Made by a program: the position numbers and the translations under genes. DNA of 64,000 bases from a virus, in IMG/VR virus record IMGVR_UViG_3300009158_000046, positions 8,978 to 72,977 of that record. One strand, 5' to 3'. The notes beneath the pieces are model-generated. The model had not been told where the DNA came from and did not search any database. It saw only the letters and a list, made by a program, of their open reading frames with translations. The first letter of the stretch is position 1. Each line of letters starts with the position of its first letter. Positions 55,077 through 64,000 of the stretch are shown here, piece after piece.

Positions 55077-56988
55077 TTACATGATCCGCCGTTGGAGGCT
55101 TATGGGTGATTATGATCACCTGAGAGATTTTGTCTGACAAACTCTTGAGGGAGTTCTGCGTGAACTCAGATCGATCTTCATCCATCGAAGCGTCGATCTC
55201 GTCCCCGACGAACACCGAAAAGACGTTGTTCGTCAGGACCTGACCCAGACCGATCCTGAGAGCGAGGTTGGCACAGGCCTTCCCCGACCCCGACAAGGTG
55301 GCGAGCTTCTGGCCGTCCACCGACACGTCGAAGTTCTCGTCCACGACGACCTGGGAACGCTGACCGCCAGTCATCTGGGCCAGAAGATGGCTCGCAACCC
55401 GGTTCAGGCTCGGGACGAGATGCGTCTTGATCTTCGTGCGAATCTCACCGAAGCCCTCCTTCACGGCAGCCCAGCCGTCGCGCTGCTCCTGCAGCTCGGT
55501 GATCTGGGCGATCCTGTCCTCGTAGATCTGCTTGGCCACCGCGTAGGCAGCTACTGCCCTCTCGTACTCACGAGCCTGCTGCAGGCGGGGGACGATCAGC
55601 GCGAGGCGATCGGTCTCCAGCTTGAGCGCCACGAACCGGGCGGTCTTGATGTCGCGTTCTGCGACGTAGGCCTCGTACTCGGTAAGCCGCTGCTGGTAGA
55701 CAGCCGTGGCCCTGTCGTAGGCCCGGAGGCACTCCAACGTCCGTTTCAGGACAGCCACGTCGTCTCCATGCACAGAGACCACAGCAGCCCTCTGGGCGTG
55801 CGACAGGGCTCGGGCTGGGGCAGTGCGAGGGTGAGCAGGCTTGCCGGTCTGTACGGCGTCCGCAACCGCGTTCCAGCCCGAGATGATGGAGGGTGTGTCC
55901 CAATCCCGAAGCATGTCGAGCTGCGATCTGACGAACCGCATGTCGATCTCGTGGCCGAGTGGACCGAGCTTCTCCAGCTCGGCCTTGACCTTCTCGATCT
56001 CGCCATCCTGGAGCGTGAACTCCTTGCCGCACGGACAGGTCAGCTTGGGGGCTTTCTGCAGGGTGGCGATCTGCTTCTGCAGGAACACGACCCTCTCCTG
56101 CCGACCCGCCTCTTCGGTGAGGAGCTGACAATGGTCGAGGCTCATTGACGGGCGAGGATGGGCCAGCATGAAGCGCTGGCGCTCAAGCCAGCGGTCATGT
56201 TCGACCCACTGCCTGGAGACCTCCTCCGGGTCGTAGTCGATGACCGGAAGAGAGAGGAGCTGAATGGCTTCCGAGATGGCATCGGCATCGCCAGAAACGG
56301 GCGTGGGAGCCTCTGGTCGGTAGATCTCGCGGGTGAGCCAACCCTGAAGCTGATCCTGCTCACTCTTGAGCGCCATGAGGCGCTCGACCTCGACTGCCAG
56401 ATCATCGGCTGTGGCGCAGTAGCCCTCAGGAACCTGAGGAGCCTCCGGCTTCACCAGCCCGCGCTCCAGGACCTCGCACTCCTTCTTGAGGAGAAGCGCT
56501 TCACCGTTGGCCCACGCATTCAGCTCGTCGATCCGGTCGGCACCGATGAGCCGATCGACCATGAGCTTGCGCTCGGAGGGCTTCATCTTGCCCAGCGCTT
56601 CGACGTCCCCCTGCCCTGCCACGTTGGCCGTGTCGAAGACGGTGAGGTCGTAGCCGAAAATCTCCAGGATCTTCTTGTTGACCGGGCTGGTTCCCGTGGC
56701 GACCACGCCACCGGCATCGCTCAGCTTGGCATTGGATGAGGTCCGCTCGACGGAAAACTCGACGCCTCGCACGACAAAAGTCATGCTCATCTTGAGGCTC
56801 TTGTAGTCCGTCATCGGGCCACGAAGCGCACCAGCACCGAACAGGCCATACCTGACCATCTCGATGACCATCGACTTCCCGGCCTCATTGCGGCCGGTGA
56901 TGGCAACACTACCCTTGGGCAGGTTCTGATTGAATGTCAGCGTTCTTCCGGTCGGGAACGTCACTGTGTATGTCAGTTGCTTGATCAC
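55066..56988 (-). CDS. SbcC/Rad50-like ATPase
   Basis: GRNEAGKS, Q-loop GQGD, coiled coil with CPCG, LSGSGK, DEID and IITH. Confidence 0.9.
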   Translation of the reverse strand: MIKQLTYTVTFPTGRTLTFNQNLPKGSVAITGRNEAGKSMVIEMVRYGLFGAGALRGPMTDYKSLKMSMTFVVRGVEFSVERTSSNAKLSDAGGVVATGTSPVNKKILEIFGYDLTVFDTANVAGQGDVEALGKMKPSERKLMVDRLIGADRIDELNAWANGEALLLKKECEVLERGLVKPEAPQVPEGYCATADDLAVEVERLMALKSEQDQLQGWLTREIYRPEAPTPVSGDADAISEAIQLLSLPVIDYDPEEVSRQWVEHDRWLERQRFMLAHPRPSMSLDHCQLLTEEAGRQERVVFLQKQIATLQKAPKLTCPCGKEFTLQDGEIEKVKAELEKLGPLGHEIDMRFVRSQLDMLRDWDTPSIISGWNAVADAVQTGKPAHPRTAPARALSHAQRAAVVSVHGDDVAVLKRTLECLRAYDRATAVYQQRLTEYEAYVAERDIKTARFVALKLETDRLALIVPRLQQAREYERAVAAYAVAKQIYEDRIAQITELQEQRDGWAAVKEGFGEIRTKIKTHLVPSLNRVASHLLAQMTGGQRSQVVVDENFDVSVDGQKLATLSGSGKACANLALRIGLGQVLTNNVFSVFVGDEIDASMDEDRSEFTQNSLKSLSDKISQVIIITHKPPTADHVIEL

Positions 56989-57190
56989 GGAGCGCCTCGA
57001 ATACTGCAGTGAGATTGTATTGCTTGATCTTGGAAACGATGTTGCAAATCACAAAGTCATAGTTTGGGTCTTTGCCTCTCAGTCGAGACAAACTATCCCA
57101 ATACAGACCTGCTTTTGCGGCTTCATATAGATGAGTGACAAGTGACCTTTCGACGTCGGTCAACCAAGTTTGACCGATCAGGAAGGTCAT
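56909..57190 (-). CDS. hypothetical protein
   Basis: Fills the gap between the SbcD-like and SbcC-like genes; lower GC. Confidence 0.5.
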   Translation of the reverse strand: MTFLIGQTWLTDVERSLVTHLYEAAKAGLYWDSLSRLRGKDPNYDFVICNIVSKIKQYNLTAVFEALRDQATDIHSDVPDRKNADIQSEPAQG

Positions 57191-57195
57191 GCTGT

Positions 57196-58164
57196 TCAGG
57201 TGAAAGTGGCTGACCATTTGCTCTTCACAGCCTCCATGATGGGGGCCGGAATTGACTTCCCAGCCATCGACTCCTCGAAGATTTTCTGGAGGCTGAAGTC
57301 GCCAAGGCTGACGTCGATGTCGGCAAGGTCAGTCTCTTCGGCCGCGCGCTCGACCTTGAGCTGGAGGCAGTCGATGTCGAGGTCGAAGACCTCTCCCGGC
57401 TTCAGGTAGACGCGGATGCACTTGTCTCGTGCGAAGTCCGAGCCGTGCAATTCCAGCTCGTTGGCCAGCGTCTCCAGGTCCGTCGTGACGTACCAGTCCC
57501 CGGTGGCGTCCTCTGCGAAGCTGAAAGGCTGCATCGAGCCGACAACCTCGACCTGGACGTCGTCGCGAGCGAAACTGTCGGGAAGGTGGACGTGGCCGGT
57601 GTAGGCCGACGTGATTCCGATCTTGGCCAACGAGGCTGTGGGGATCATGTTGAATGGGGCCGATCGAGCGTCGACATCCCAGTGACCGGCTGCGACCAGA
57701 GCGGTCCCCTGCGGAACTCCGGCAATGATCTCCTCGGCGCTCTTGACCGGATCCCAGCCGCACATGAGAAGATGTCCGATGCCCTCCCACCCGGTCACGC
57801 AGGTGACGTGGTTCTCCACCAGCCGGGAGAAAACCTCGAAGGCCGAAGTGGCTTCCAGGTCACGGCTGGCGTCGTGGTTGCCGCGCAAGACATAGAACCG
57901 GCAGTCCTTGTACTTGCTGGCGGCATCCCGATAGGCCATGGCCGTTTCGAGGATGGTGCCAAGGTCTACGACTGGAGCGTCGAACAAATCGCCAAGATGG
58001 ACGTGGACCTTGGCTCCTTCCGGAGACAGCTCGCGCACGAACTGGTCCCACACCATGGCCTCACGATGCCCGATCCGGTGAAGAGGAACGTGATGGCGGA
58101 ACTTGCGACCAAGGTGAGTGTCGCCGAGAAACTTCACCTTGAGGTCATCGATGTCGATGATCAT
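57196..58164 (-). CDS. SbcD/Mre11-like nuclease
   Basis: GDTHLG, GDLFD, GNHD, GHVH and GSMQP; start MIIDID. Confidence 0.88.
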   Translation of the reverse strand: MIIDIDDLKVKFLGDTHLGRKFRHHVPLHRIGHREAMVWDQFVRELSPEGAKVHVHLGDLFDAPVVDLGTILETAMAYRDAASKYKDCRFYVLRGNHDASRDLEATSAFEVFSRLVENHVTCVTGWEGIGHLLMCGWDPVKSAEEIIAGVPQGTALVAAGHWDVDARSAPFNMIPTASLAKIGITSAYTGHVHLPDSFARDDVQVEVVGSMQPFSFAEDATGDWYVTTDLETLANELELHGSDFARDKCIRVYLKPGEVFDLDIDCLQLKVERAAEETDLADIDVSLGDFSLQKIFEESMAGKSIPAPIMEAVKSKWSATFT

Positions 58165-58697
58165 GCTTTGAACGCTCCCGCGATCTGATAGATGACGTCG
58201 TTCAGGGCGTTGTGCTTGTCGCCAGAGGACGGGATCGACTTCCAGAACTCGTCGATGGTGTGGCCACGGGCGTAGATGTAGGTGTTGAGGTCTTTGGCGT
58301 GCCGATAGTGCAGCGGCGGAATGTGCCCGAACTGCCGCCAGTAGGACTGCAGGAATGGCCAGTCGAAACTGATCGGCTTGGACCAGAACTGCAGCGGCTT
58401 GCGGCACGGCGTGCGCTGCAACCACAATGTGAAGTCGTCGATCACCAGCTTCGGATCCTCAGCTCGTATGAGGATGTTCTCGAAGGTCTCGGCCTTTTGC
58501 TGAGCCCACCACTGGCGGGTGCTGACGTCCCAGTACCGGGTGGGGAGTTCTGAGGCGAGACAGCGATCGAACATCTCAGAGGTGTCGATCTGTTTCGTCT
58601 CCAGGTCGAACCTGACAGCCGCGATCTGAATGATGGCCGAGTGTGAAGGGTCGAGACCGGTCGTCTCAAGGTCGACCATCACGCTGTCGTAAGTCAC
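58161..58697 (-). CDS. DEDDh 3'-5' exonuclease
   Basis: MVDLETTG, SFDWPFL and HNALND. Confidence 0.88.
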   Translation of the reverse strand: MTYDSVMVDLETTGLDPSHSAIIQIAAVRFDLETKQIDTSEMFDRCLASELPTRYWDVSTRQWWAQQKAETFENILIRAEDPKLVIDDFTLWLQRTPCRKPLQFWSKPISFDWPFLQSYWRQFGHIPPLHYRHAKDLNTYIYARGHTIDEFWKSIPSSGDKHNALNDVIYQIAGAFKA

Positions 58698-59110
58698 AGG
58701 TTCCACGGCTGAAGCTCCGCCCATTTGGCAGAGGACTTCCCGGCCTTCTGCATGACTGCGAGATCGTTGAAAGGCACCACGAACCACCCACCGCTGGAGA
58801 TGGATTTGACGTAGATCGTGTAGGTGCCACCGGCTGCCGTGATTTGCCTCGCCTTCCCGAGCTGCGTCGGCCGCAGCATCGAGAAGGGGAAGCTCGTCGG
58901 GTTTGCGGTCGACTTGACCTCGCAGAACTCCGACCGGCCGTCCAAGATCAGCAGATAATCGGAAGGCTGGGATGCGACATTTCCAGCCTTCCCGGCGAGT
59001 GCGAAAAATGAACTCGCATCGTCGAAGCGGTGAAGATAGGCCCGCTTTCCGAACGAGGCAATTCGAGCCTCGAACTCTTTCTCAGCGGACTTTCCAGTGT
59101 TCGTTGCCAT
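58694..59110 (-). CDS. RecU-like Holliday junction resolvase
   Basis: GKSAE..FE, PSDY and EVKST (PD-(D/E)xK). Confidence 0.75.
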   Translation of the reverse strand: MATNTGKSAEKEFEARIASFGKRAYLHRFDDASSFFALAGKAGNVASQPSDYLLILDGRSEFCEVKSTANPTSFPFSMLRPTQLGKARQITAAGGTYTIYVKSISSGGWFVVPFNDLAVMQKAGKSSAKWAELQPWNL

Positions 59111-59113
59111 GAT

Positions 59114-59590
59114 TTACCATGGCAGACCCAACTGATCTTCGCTGACAATATCCCTAGGGAGATAATCCAAGCTGACGCCAGATTGGGAAAACATTTCCTC
59201 TGTGACGACGAAGCTGTCTTTCCAACGAGGATTGTCATTAGGAATTGTCACCACCCTCTTGACCCCCGCCTGGATGAGCATTCCGGCGCAGCCAGAACAG
59301 GGGCACAGAGGCCAAACATAGACAGTCGAGCCCTCCAACGAAGCAGTGGCATTCAATATCGCGTTCGCTTCGGCATGGATGATCCGGGGGTACTTGAGTT
59401 CCCGAACTTCGTAGAGGTGGTTGTCGTCGCAAACACCCCGCGCAAAGCCGTTGTAGCCGAGACTGAGAACCCGGCGTTTGGCGTCCACGGCCACGGCCCC
59501 GACTTTCGTGCTGGGGTCTCGCGACCAGCTCGCTACCTCACGAGCCAACCGGATAAAGCGGCAATCCCACTTTCGGGTGCTTTCCGTCAT
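59114..59590 (-). CDS. dCMP deaminase
   Basis: SRDPSTKVGA, GYNG, HAEANA and PCSGC. Confidence 0.93.
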   Translation of the reverse strand: MTESTRKWDCRFIRLAREVASWSRDPSTKVGAVAVDAKRRVLSLGYNGFARGVCDDNHLYEVRELKYPRIIHAEANAILNATASLEGSTVYVWPLCPCSGCAGMLIQAGVKRVVTIPNDNPRWKDSFVVTEEMFSQSGVSLDYLPRDIVSEDQLGLPW

Positions 59591-59700
59591 CGAAACACCG
59601 TTTTGAAAGTCAGGAACACCGGCAGGCACATCAAGGAGAACACGACGCCAAGAAGCATCGCGCTGAGGGCAGCCACCAGAACCGTCCGAATGCCCTCCAT
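59587..59700 (-). CDS. 37 aa membrane peptide
   Basis: MEGIRTVLVAALSAMLLGVVFSLMCLPVFLTFKTVFR; ATGA-coupled to the dCMP deaminase gene. Confidence 0.5.
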   Translation of the reverse strand: MEGIRTVLVAALSAMLLGVVFSLMCLPVFLTFKTVFR

Positions 59701-59702
59701 GT

Positions 59703-60191
59703 TCAAATCCCCGCCATTCTCATGACCTTCCGGCCGTAAGCCGTGCAGACTGGACGAGCGCCAATGCCGCGTTCGTACAGAGAGACACCGGCACAGCCGT
59801 GGCCACCTCGCGCCAACGCCAGCTTCAGGTAACGCACACCGGCTTCAAGCCCGGTCGAGCAGTCCAGGAGATTGCCGTGAACGCCCACAGAGCGGGCTGT
59901 GGGTGGAAGCACTTGCATGATCCCGGTTGCACCAGACCGGTTGCGAGCCCGGCAGTTTCCGCCGCTCTCAACCTTGATGACGCCCCGGACAAGATGGGTC
60001 GGGACGCCGTGCTTGGCTGCGACCTTCGACACCAGATCGTGGGGCCGTTCGCGGGGGAGCGGAACCTTGGCACGAGCATACGGCACGGTGTCGTATCGCT
60101 CGTCAGCTTTGGCTGGAATAGACAAAATCAGCGCCACCAGACTCAGTCCATACACCAAGACAAATATATAGAATGCTATCTTACGAGTCAT
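59703..60191 (-). CDS. Lytic transglycosylase (SLT) with N-terminal signal/TM segment
   Basis: IKVESGG, GATGIMQV and AGVRYL. Confidence 0.88.
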   Translation of the reverse strand: MTRKIAFYIFVLVYGLSLVALILSIPAKADERYDTVPYARAKVPLPRERPHDLVSKVAAKHGVPTHLVRGVIKVESGGNCRARNRSGATGIMQVLPPTARSVGVHGNLLDCSTGLEAGVRYLKLALARGGHGCAGVSLYERGIGARPVCTAYGRKVMRMAGI

Positions 60192-60203
60192 AACTTGAAT
60201 TCC

Positions 60204-61133
60204 TTACTCGAAGTCCTTCCGAAGCTGTTTCCAACCTCGGAAGTTTCCGGACCACAGCTCACGGTTCGGCTGAGCGACGTGCTCCAGTGGTGACAGATGC
60301 TTGATTTGGCCGTCGCCGATGAGCTGCTGAAACAGCCGCAGATCGTCTTCCGGATCGGTAGGCTTGCCATCGTGGGTGAGGTAGGAGACCCGCGCGCACC
60401 GGGCTGCCGAGATCTGGCGAGCCATCATGGTGAGAAGGCTGCCCGTGACATTGGCCTTGATGCCGTAGGCCCAGAGCCGATCGTTGTCCCCACGGGTGCC
60501 CCAGTAGGGCATGTGCCACTCGTGATCCAAAACCAGCTTTGGCTTGCTGTAGTCCATCGCCTCCCGCATTCGGCGGGCCAGCAGGGCGATGTGCGGTTCG
60601 GCGTCACCATGATCGCGAAGCAGGAAGAAGTTGTCCCACTCGGTCGCCGTGACCACGACGTTGATGTGGGAAAACGGCTCCAGCAGCCGGTTCACGATCT
60701 GCTTGTGGTAACCGGCGTCGTCGAAGGCCTGAGCCATCTTGATGGCGCTGTCACGAGCTTTCAGCCACGCCTCCTCGCGAGAGCCGTAGACGTAGTCGTC
60801 CGAGCCGAAGCCGACGACGACCTCAGCGTTGTGCTCCTCTCCCGCCTGCATGCCCTTCTGGTTCTTGCCCCAGAACATCGGCACGGCAGGATCGTCAATG
60901 ACGTCCTGGATGAGGCGCTTGACCGGAATGGCGCGAGACGAGCTGGCGTTGCGGCTCAGCATCTCGTCTTCCATCAGGGAGGGAGTGCGGACCTCCTCCT
61001 CGCCCCAGCGCACCAGCCGGTGCGTCCGACCTTCGGCATGGATCCAGCGGGGGTAGCGAAGCTGCATCGTCGTCAAACGAATGCCCTTCGTCGACACGCT
61101 GTCGGCGATGACGTATGCGGAAATCGTCGTCAT
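60204..61133 (-). CDS. thyX: FAD-dependent thymidylate synthase-like protein
   Basis: HAE.RTHR...SRNASSSRAIP, HKQIVNRLLEP, SAARCARVSY and HLSPLEH. Confidence 0.8.
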   Translation of the reverse strand: MTTISAYVIADSVSTKGIRLTTMQLRYPRWIHAEGRTHRLVRWGEEEVRTPSLMEDEMLSRNASSSRAIPVKRLIQDVIDDPAVPMFWGKNQKGMQAGEEHNAEVVVGFGSDDYVYGSREEAWLKARDSAIKMAQAFDDAGYHKQIVNRLLEPFSHINVVVTATEWDNFFLLRDHGDAEPHIALLARRMREAMDYSKPKLVLDHEWHMPYWGTRGDNDRLWAYGIKANVTGSLLTMMARQISAARCARVSYLTHDGKPTDPEDDLRLFQQLIGDGQIKHLSPLEHVAQPNRELWSGNFRGWKQLRKDFE

Positions 61134-61546
61134 CAGTGCTTGCCCTTCCCGGTCTGGCCGAACACGAGATTGGCAACCATCGCGTCGATGTCATGAGCGA
61201 AGTCAGGACAGATTTCCTTGAGGAAATTGATCTGCCTGCAGAAGACGTTGACTGCCACGCTGACCCTGGGACCAGAGTCGTCAGAGCCGCCAAACTCGCG
61301 AGCCTCAATCCACCCCATCATGAAGATGTCGAGTGCCCGCTGAAGCTCCAGAACCTCCTCACACAAGCCGCATTCACATTCCTCTTCTGAACGATCGCTT
61401 TCGATAGCAATCTTCGCAAAGCCAGAAGTGATGACGTAGACAATTCGAGCATATTCACTCGAATTCAATTCGCCAGTCGCAGGGCTTTTTACCTTGTCGA
61501 GCAGGAAATTCCCAACCTCGACAGACTTCTGAATAAAATCTTCCAT
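61133..61546 (-). CDS. hypothetical protein
   Basis: 137 aa, GGAGG RBS. Confidence 0.65.
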   Translation of the reverse strand: MEDFIQKSVEVGNFLLDKVKSPATGELNSSEYARIVYVITSGFAKIAIESDRSEEECECGLCEEVLELQRALDIFMMGWIEAREFGGSDDSGPRVSVAVNVFCRQINFLKEICPDFAHDIDAMVANLVFGQTGKGKH

Positions 61547-61583
61547 TCGACACCTCCGAAAAATTGATTCTACTCATTGATAG

Positions 61584-64000
61584 TCAAGCGGCGAGCCGAA
61601 CTCTCTGAGAGTAAAGCCAGTCGACTGCATGATTGATTTCGTCATCAGTGGCGCGCTTGCCCTCACGGGCCTCACCAAAGATTTCTTTTGGAAGCTCGAA
61701 CAACTCGATCTGGCCGAGCGGAGATTTCTTTGAGTTCCAAGGTTCGAAGGTCAGTCCAACACTTGGAGAACTGTCCAGCTTGCACTTGGTGAACAGCGAC
61801 GGATGATCGGTCATCACGTCGTAGATGAGCCGAATAGCTGGAGCTGTGAGGTCGCGGTGGATCGAAAAGACCAGCTCGTCGTGGACGGGCATGAGGAAGC
61901 GCGCCTCACGCGGCGTCCAACCCATGTCCTTGAAGCGCTGGTTGATCCGCAGGATCGAGCGCTTGGCGATCGTCGCGCAGCTCCCCTGGATGTAGGCGTT
62001 GACGGTCTGATTGCCGCCACGACGCCGGATCTTGTTCGCCATCCAGCGAACCAGCGCGTAGAACTCCTTCATCAAGGGGTCTGGCGGGTTGTGGATGAAC
62101 TTCGAGCAAAACTCGTTGTGCCACGCCTCGGTCGCCTCGTACCGCGTGTAGCGGTGGCCGTCCGGCATCGTGATGAAGCCGTTGCGGGCAACCTCGGCGA
62201 TGAGGTCGAGCCGCCACTGCTCGGCAACCCAGAAGCGCTCCTTGTAGCGGTCGGTGGCTGCGCTGGCCTTGTCCGGCCCCCACCCCATCCGTTCCGCGAT
62301 GGTGCTCAGGAAGCCTGAATACCAGTAGTTGAAGTTCGCACCCTTACCCACCTCCGTGCGCCAATACTTGTAGGCACCAGCAGGTGTCAGAGGCTCCGAC
62401 TTGAGGTTGTGTTTGAGGCGATCAAGGTTCTCCAGGTCAGGGAACCCTGACCAGTCAACCGTCGTGCGAAGGGACTTGAACATCTCGGTGTTCAAGCCGG
62501 GCACCTCAACCGACAGGATGTCAGCCGCTGCTCCCGAGTGCAGGTCATCGTGAGGGAGCTGGCCAAAGGCCGAGATGAACTCCGGATCGCCGGAGAACTC
62601 GCCGATCTCGACCAGCTCGATCGCGGACCAGTCGAGAGAGACCATGACGTGGTCATCGTGATCTGCCTCGAAAAAGCCGCGCACGTAGGTGCTGTCGCCG
62701 CGCTTGGCGAGCTGCATTGAGTTCGGCTCGGAAGCCGCCATGCGGCGAGTTGCCAGCATCGAGGTGACGGTCGGGTAGAGCCGACCAGTCTCTGGATCCG
62801 TGAGGTCCAGGTAAGGCTGCAGGTACAGCTTCATCCGCTGGTCGATGCCCGACATGGCATTGAGGCAGTCGACGACCGTGGCAGCAGGCCCCGTCAGACC
62901 TTCGCGCAGCTTGCCGCGAGCCTCGCCATCGCTCTGCAACTTGCCGTGGGTGACGAGCAGCTTCGCGCCGATGAGGTCGTACAGCAGGACCCGGATCGGC
63001 ATGTAGTGGCTGAAGTTCGGGCCTAAGCCCTTCTCGAAGCCGAAGGACTTGGAGACGGAGCCGTTGACGCGGCTCAGCTCGACCTTCGCATCCGGATGGT
63101 CAGCCTGCTCAGCCCATGCGGCAATCGCCTTCCGGTACTTGGCGAAGTTGTTCGCGTACCACTTCTCGTGAGCAAGCAGCTTCAGGTTCGGCTCTGCCGA
63201 AAACGGCAGGAGCTGACGCACGGCGGCACGCATCGTCCGCAGGGTCTCGCCAGCCTTTTGCTGCTCGTTGGCCTTCTGATCGACGATGGCCGGGGTGTTG
63301 ACCCTCAGACCACCGAGGCGCAAGTCCGCATAGACATGCGTCATGGGGTTCTCGGTCTCGTTGAAAGCTTTCAACACCGGAACGCCGCCGTTCTGCAGCA
63401 TGAAGGAGATAAGGTAGCGAAACAGACTGACGGCCCAGTAGGCGTCGTCTGCGCCGTAGGCAGCGACGTCCTCACCGGTGAGCTTGCCCATGTGGATCTC
63501 GTCCCCAAGGGTCTCCTTGAAGGTGGCCATCTGGACGCCGAAAAAGGACTTGACCACGTCCTTGAGGCCGTAGCCGTAGGCCATCTCCTTGATGTAACCG
63601 TTGTAGGAGTGGGCAGCGTCCGAGGACTTCGAGAGGATCTTGAAGACGAACTCCTCCAGCTCCCGACCTAGCTTGCTGGTCTCAGGATCAAACTGGGTGG
63701 AGAGGCGCTCCAGGATGGGCAGCAAGGACTTGATGCCTCCGAGATCAGCCCGGCCAAAAACTCCCTTGTCGTACTGGTCGGGACCGAAGGCCGACACGCA
63801 CATCTGCATCGTGCAGAGGATGTGGGGCGGCAGGTCGTAGTCCAGGCAGGATTTGAGAACCGCGATTTCGAACGGCGCATTGTGCGCCACCCACATCGCG
63901 CCATCCTTGCGGGCGTCGAGCAGCCACCTCAGGTCGCTGGGCTTGAGGGCGTTCTGCCAGTCGGCGTGACCGAAGTTCAGGTAGACGCCTTTGTGAGGCA
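61584..64000 (-). CDS. Family A DNA polymerase (N-terminus outside the window)
   Basis: AHNAPFE (ExoII), YGADD (ExoIII), DWSAIEL (motif A), R...KGANF (motif B), PVHDEL (motif C); frame open to the window edge. Confidence 0.92.
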   Translation of the reverse strand, partial: PHKGVYLNFGHADWQNALKPSDLRWLLDARKDGAMWVAHNAPFEIAVLKSCLDYDLPPHILCTMQMCVSAFGPDQYDKGVFGRADLGGIKSLLPILERLSTQFDPETSKLGRELEEFVFKILSKSSDAAHSYNGYIKEMAYGYGLKDVVKSFFGVQMATFKETLGDEIHMGKLTGEDVAAYGADDAYWAVSLFRYLISFMLQNGGVPVLKAFNETENPMTHVYADLRLGGLRVNTPAIVDQKANEQQKAGETLRTMRAAVRQLLPFSAEPNLKLLAHEKWYANNFAKYRKAIAAWAEQADHPDAKVELSRVNGSVSKSFGFEKGLGPNFSHYMPIRVLLYDLIGAKLLVTHGKLQSDGEARGKLREGLTGPAATVVDCLNAMSGIDQRMKLYLQPYLDLTDPETGRLYPTVTSMLATRRMAASEPNSMQLAKRGDSTYVRGFFEADHDDHVMVSLDWSAIELVEIGEFSGDPEFISAFGQLPHDDLHSGAAADILSVEVPGLNTEMFKSLRTTVDWSGFPDLENLDRLKHNLKSEPLTPAGAYKYWRTEVGKGANFNYWYSGFLSTIAERMGWGPDKASAATDRYKERFWVAEQWRLDLIAEVARNGFITMPDGHRYTRYEATEAWHNEFCSKFIHNPPDPLMKEFYALVRWMANKIRRRGGNQTVNAYIQGSCATIAKRSILRINQRFKDMGWTPREARFLMPVHDELVFSIHRDLTAPAIRLIYDVMTDHPSLFTKCKLDSSPSVGLTFEPWNSKKSPLGQIELFELPKEIFGEAREGKRATDDEINHAVDWLYSQRVRLAA
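63360..63375. promoter_or_regulatory. Palindromic operator-like site inside the polymerase gene
   Basis: GTTGAAAGCTTTCAAC, encoding LKAFN. Confidence 0.65.

Noticed and set aside
1-64000. tRNA genes, integrase/att sites, host flanks, introns or inteins
   Set aside because: None recognised by eye; terminase, helicase and polymerase read as uninterrupted. A tRNAscan/Infernal run would be needed to exclude RNA genes formally

Overview
A 64 kb stretch of a GC-rich, long-tailed (siphovirus-like) dsDNA phage, probably with an alphaproteobacterial host (inferred from promoter style). No host genes, integrase, tRNAs or CRISPR array are visible. Layout: (1) 1-14.7 kb, minus strand: a dense early/accessory operon of small ORFs with rIIA/rIIB, a metallophosphoesterase, an AbrB-like protein, an L7/L12-CTD-like protein, a C2H2 zinc-finger microprotein and a degenerate HNH. 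(2) 14.7-17.9 kb: a largely non-coding control region with an AT-rich island, GTGGSC repeats, many long hairpins, a G-quadruplex motif and two low-complexity ORFs. (3) 18-20.9 kb, minus: Prim-Pol/SF3 primase-helicase. (4) 21-53.7 kb, plus: GpA-type terminase, portal, head, neck and tail genes (a -1 frameshift chaperone, a tape measure with an SLT domain, lambda M/L/K/I/J-like tip genes, a 2943 aa modular fibre) and a lysis cassette. (5) 53.8-64 kb, minus: nucleotide metabolism, SbcCD-like nuclease, exonuclease, resolvase, ThyX-like protein and a family A DNA polymerase (truncated). The strongest unexplained signal is an AT-rich palindrome, GTTGAAA-N2-3-TTTCAAC, found 13 times by eye. Most copies sit at gene junctions or over ribosome-binding sites, three form a phased array in the control region, and two lie inside coding sequence. 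All functional calls come from motif recognition and gene order, not database searches.
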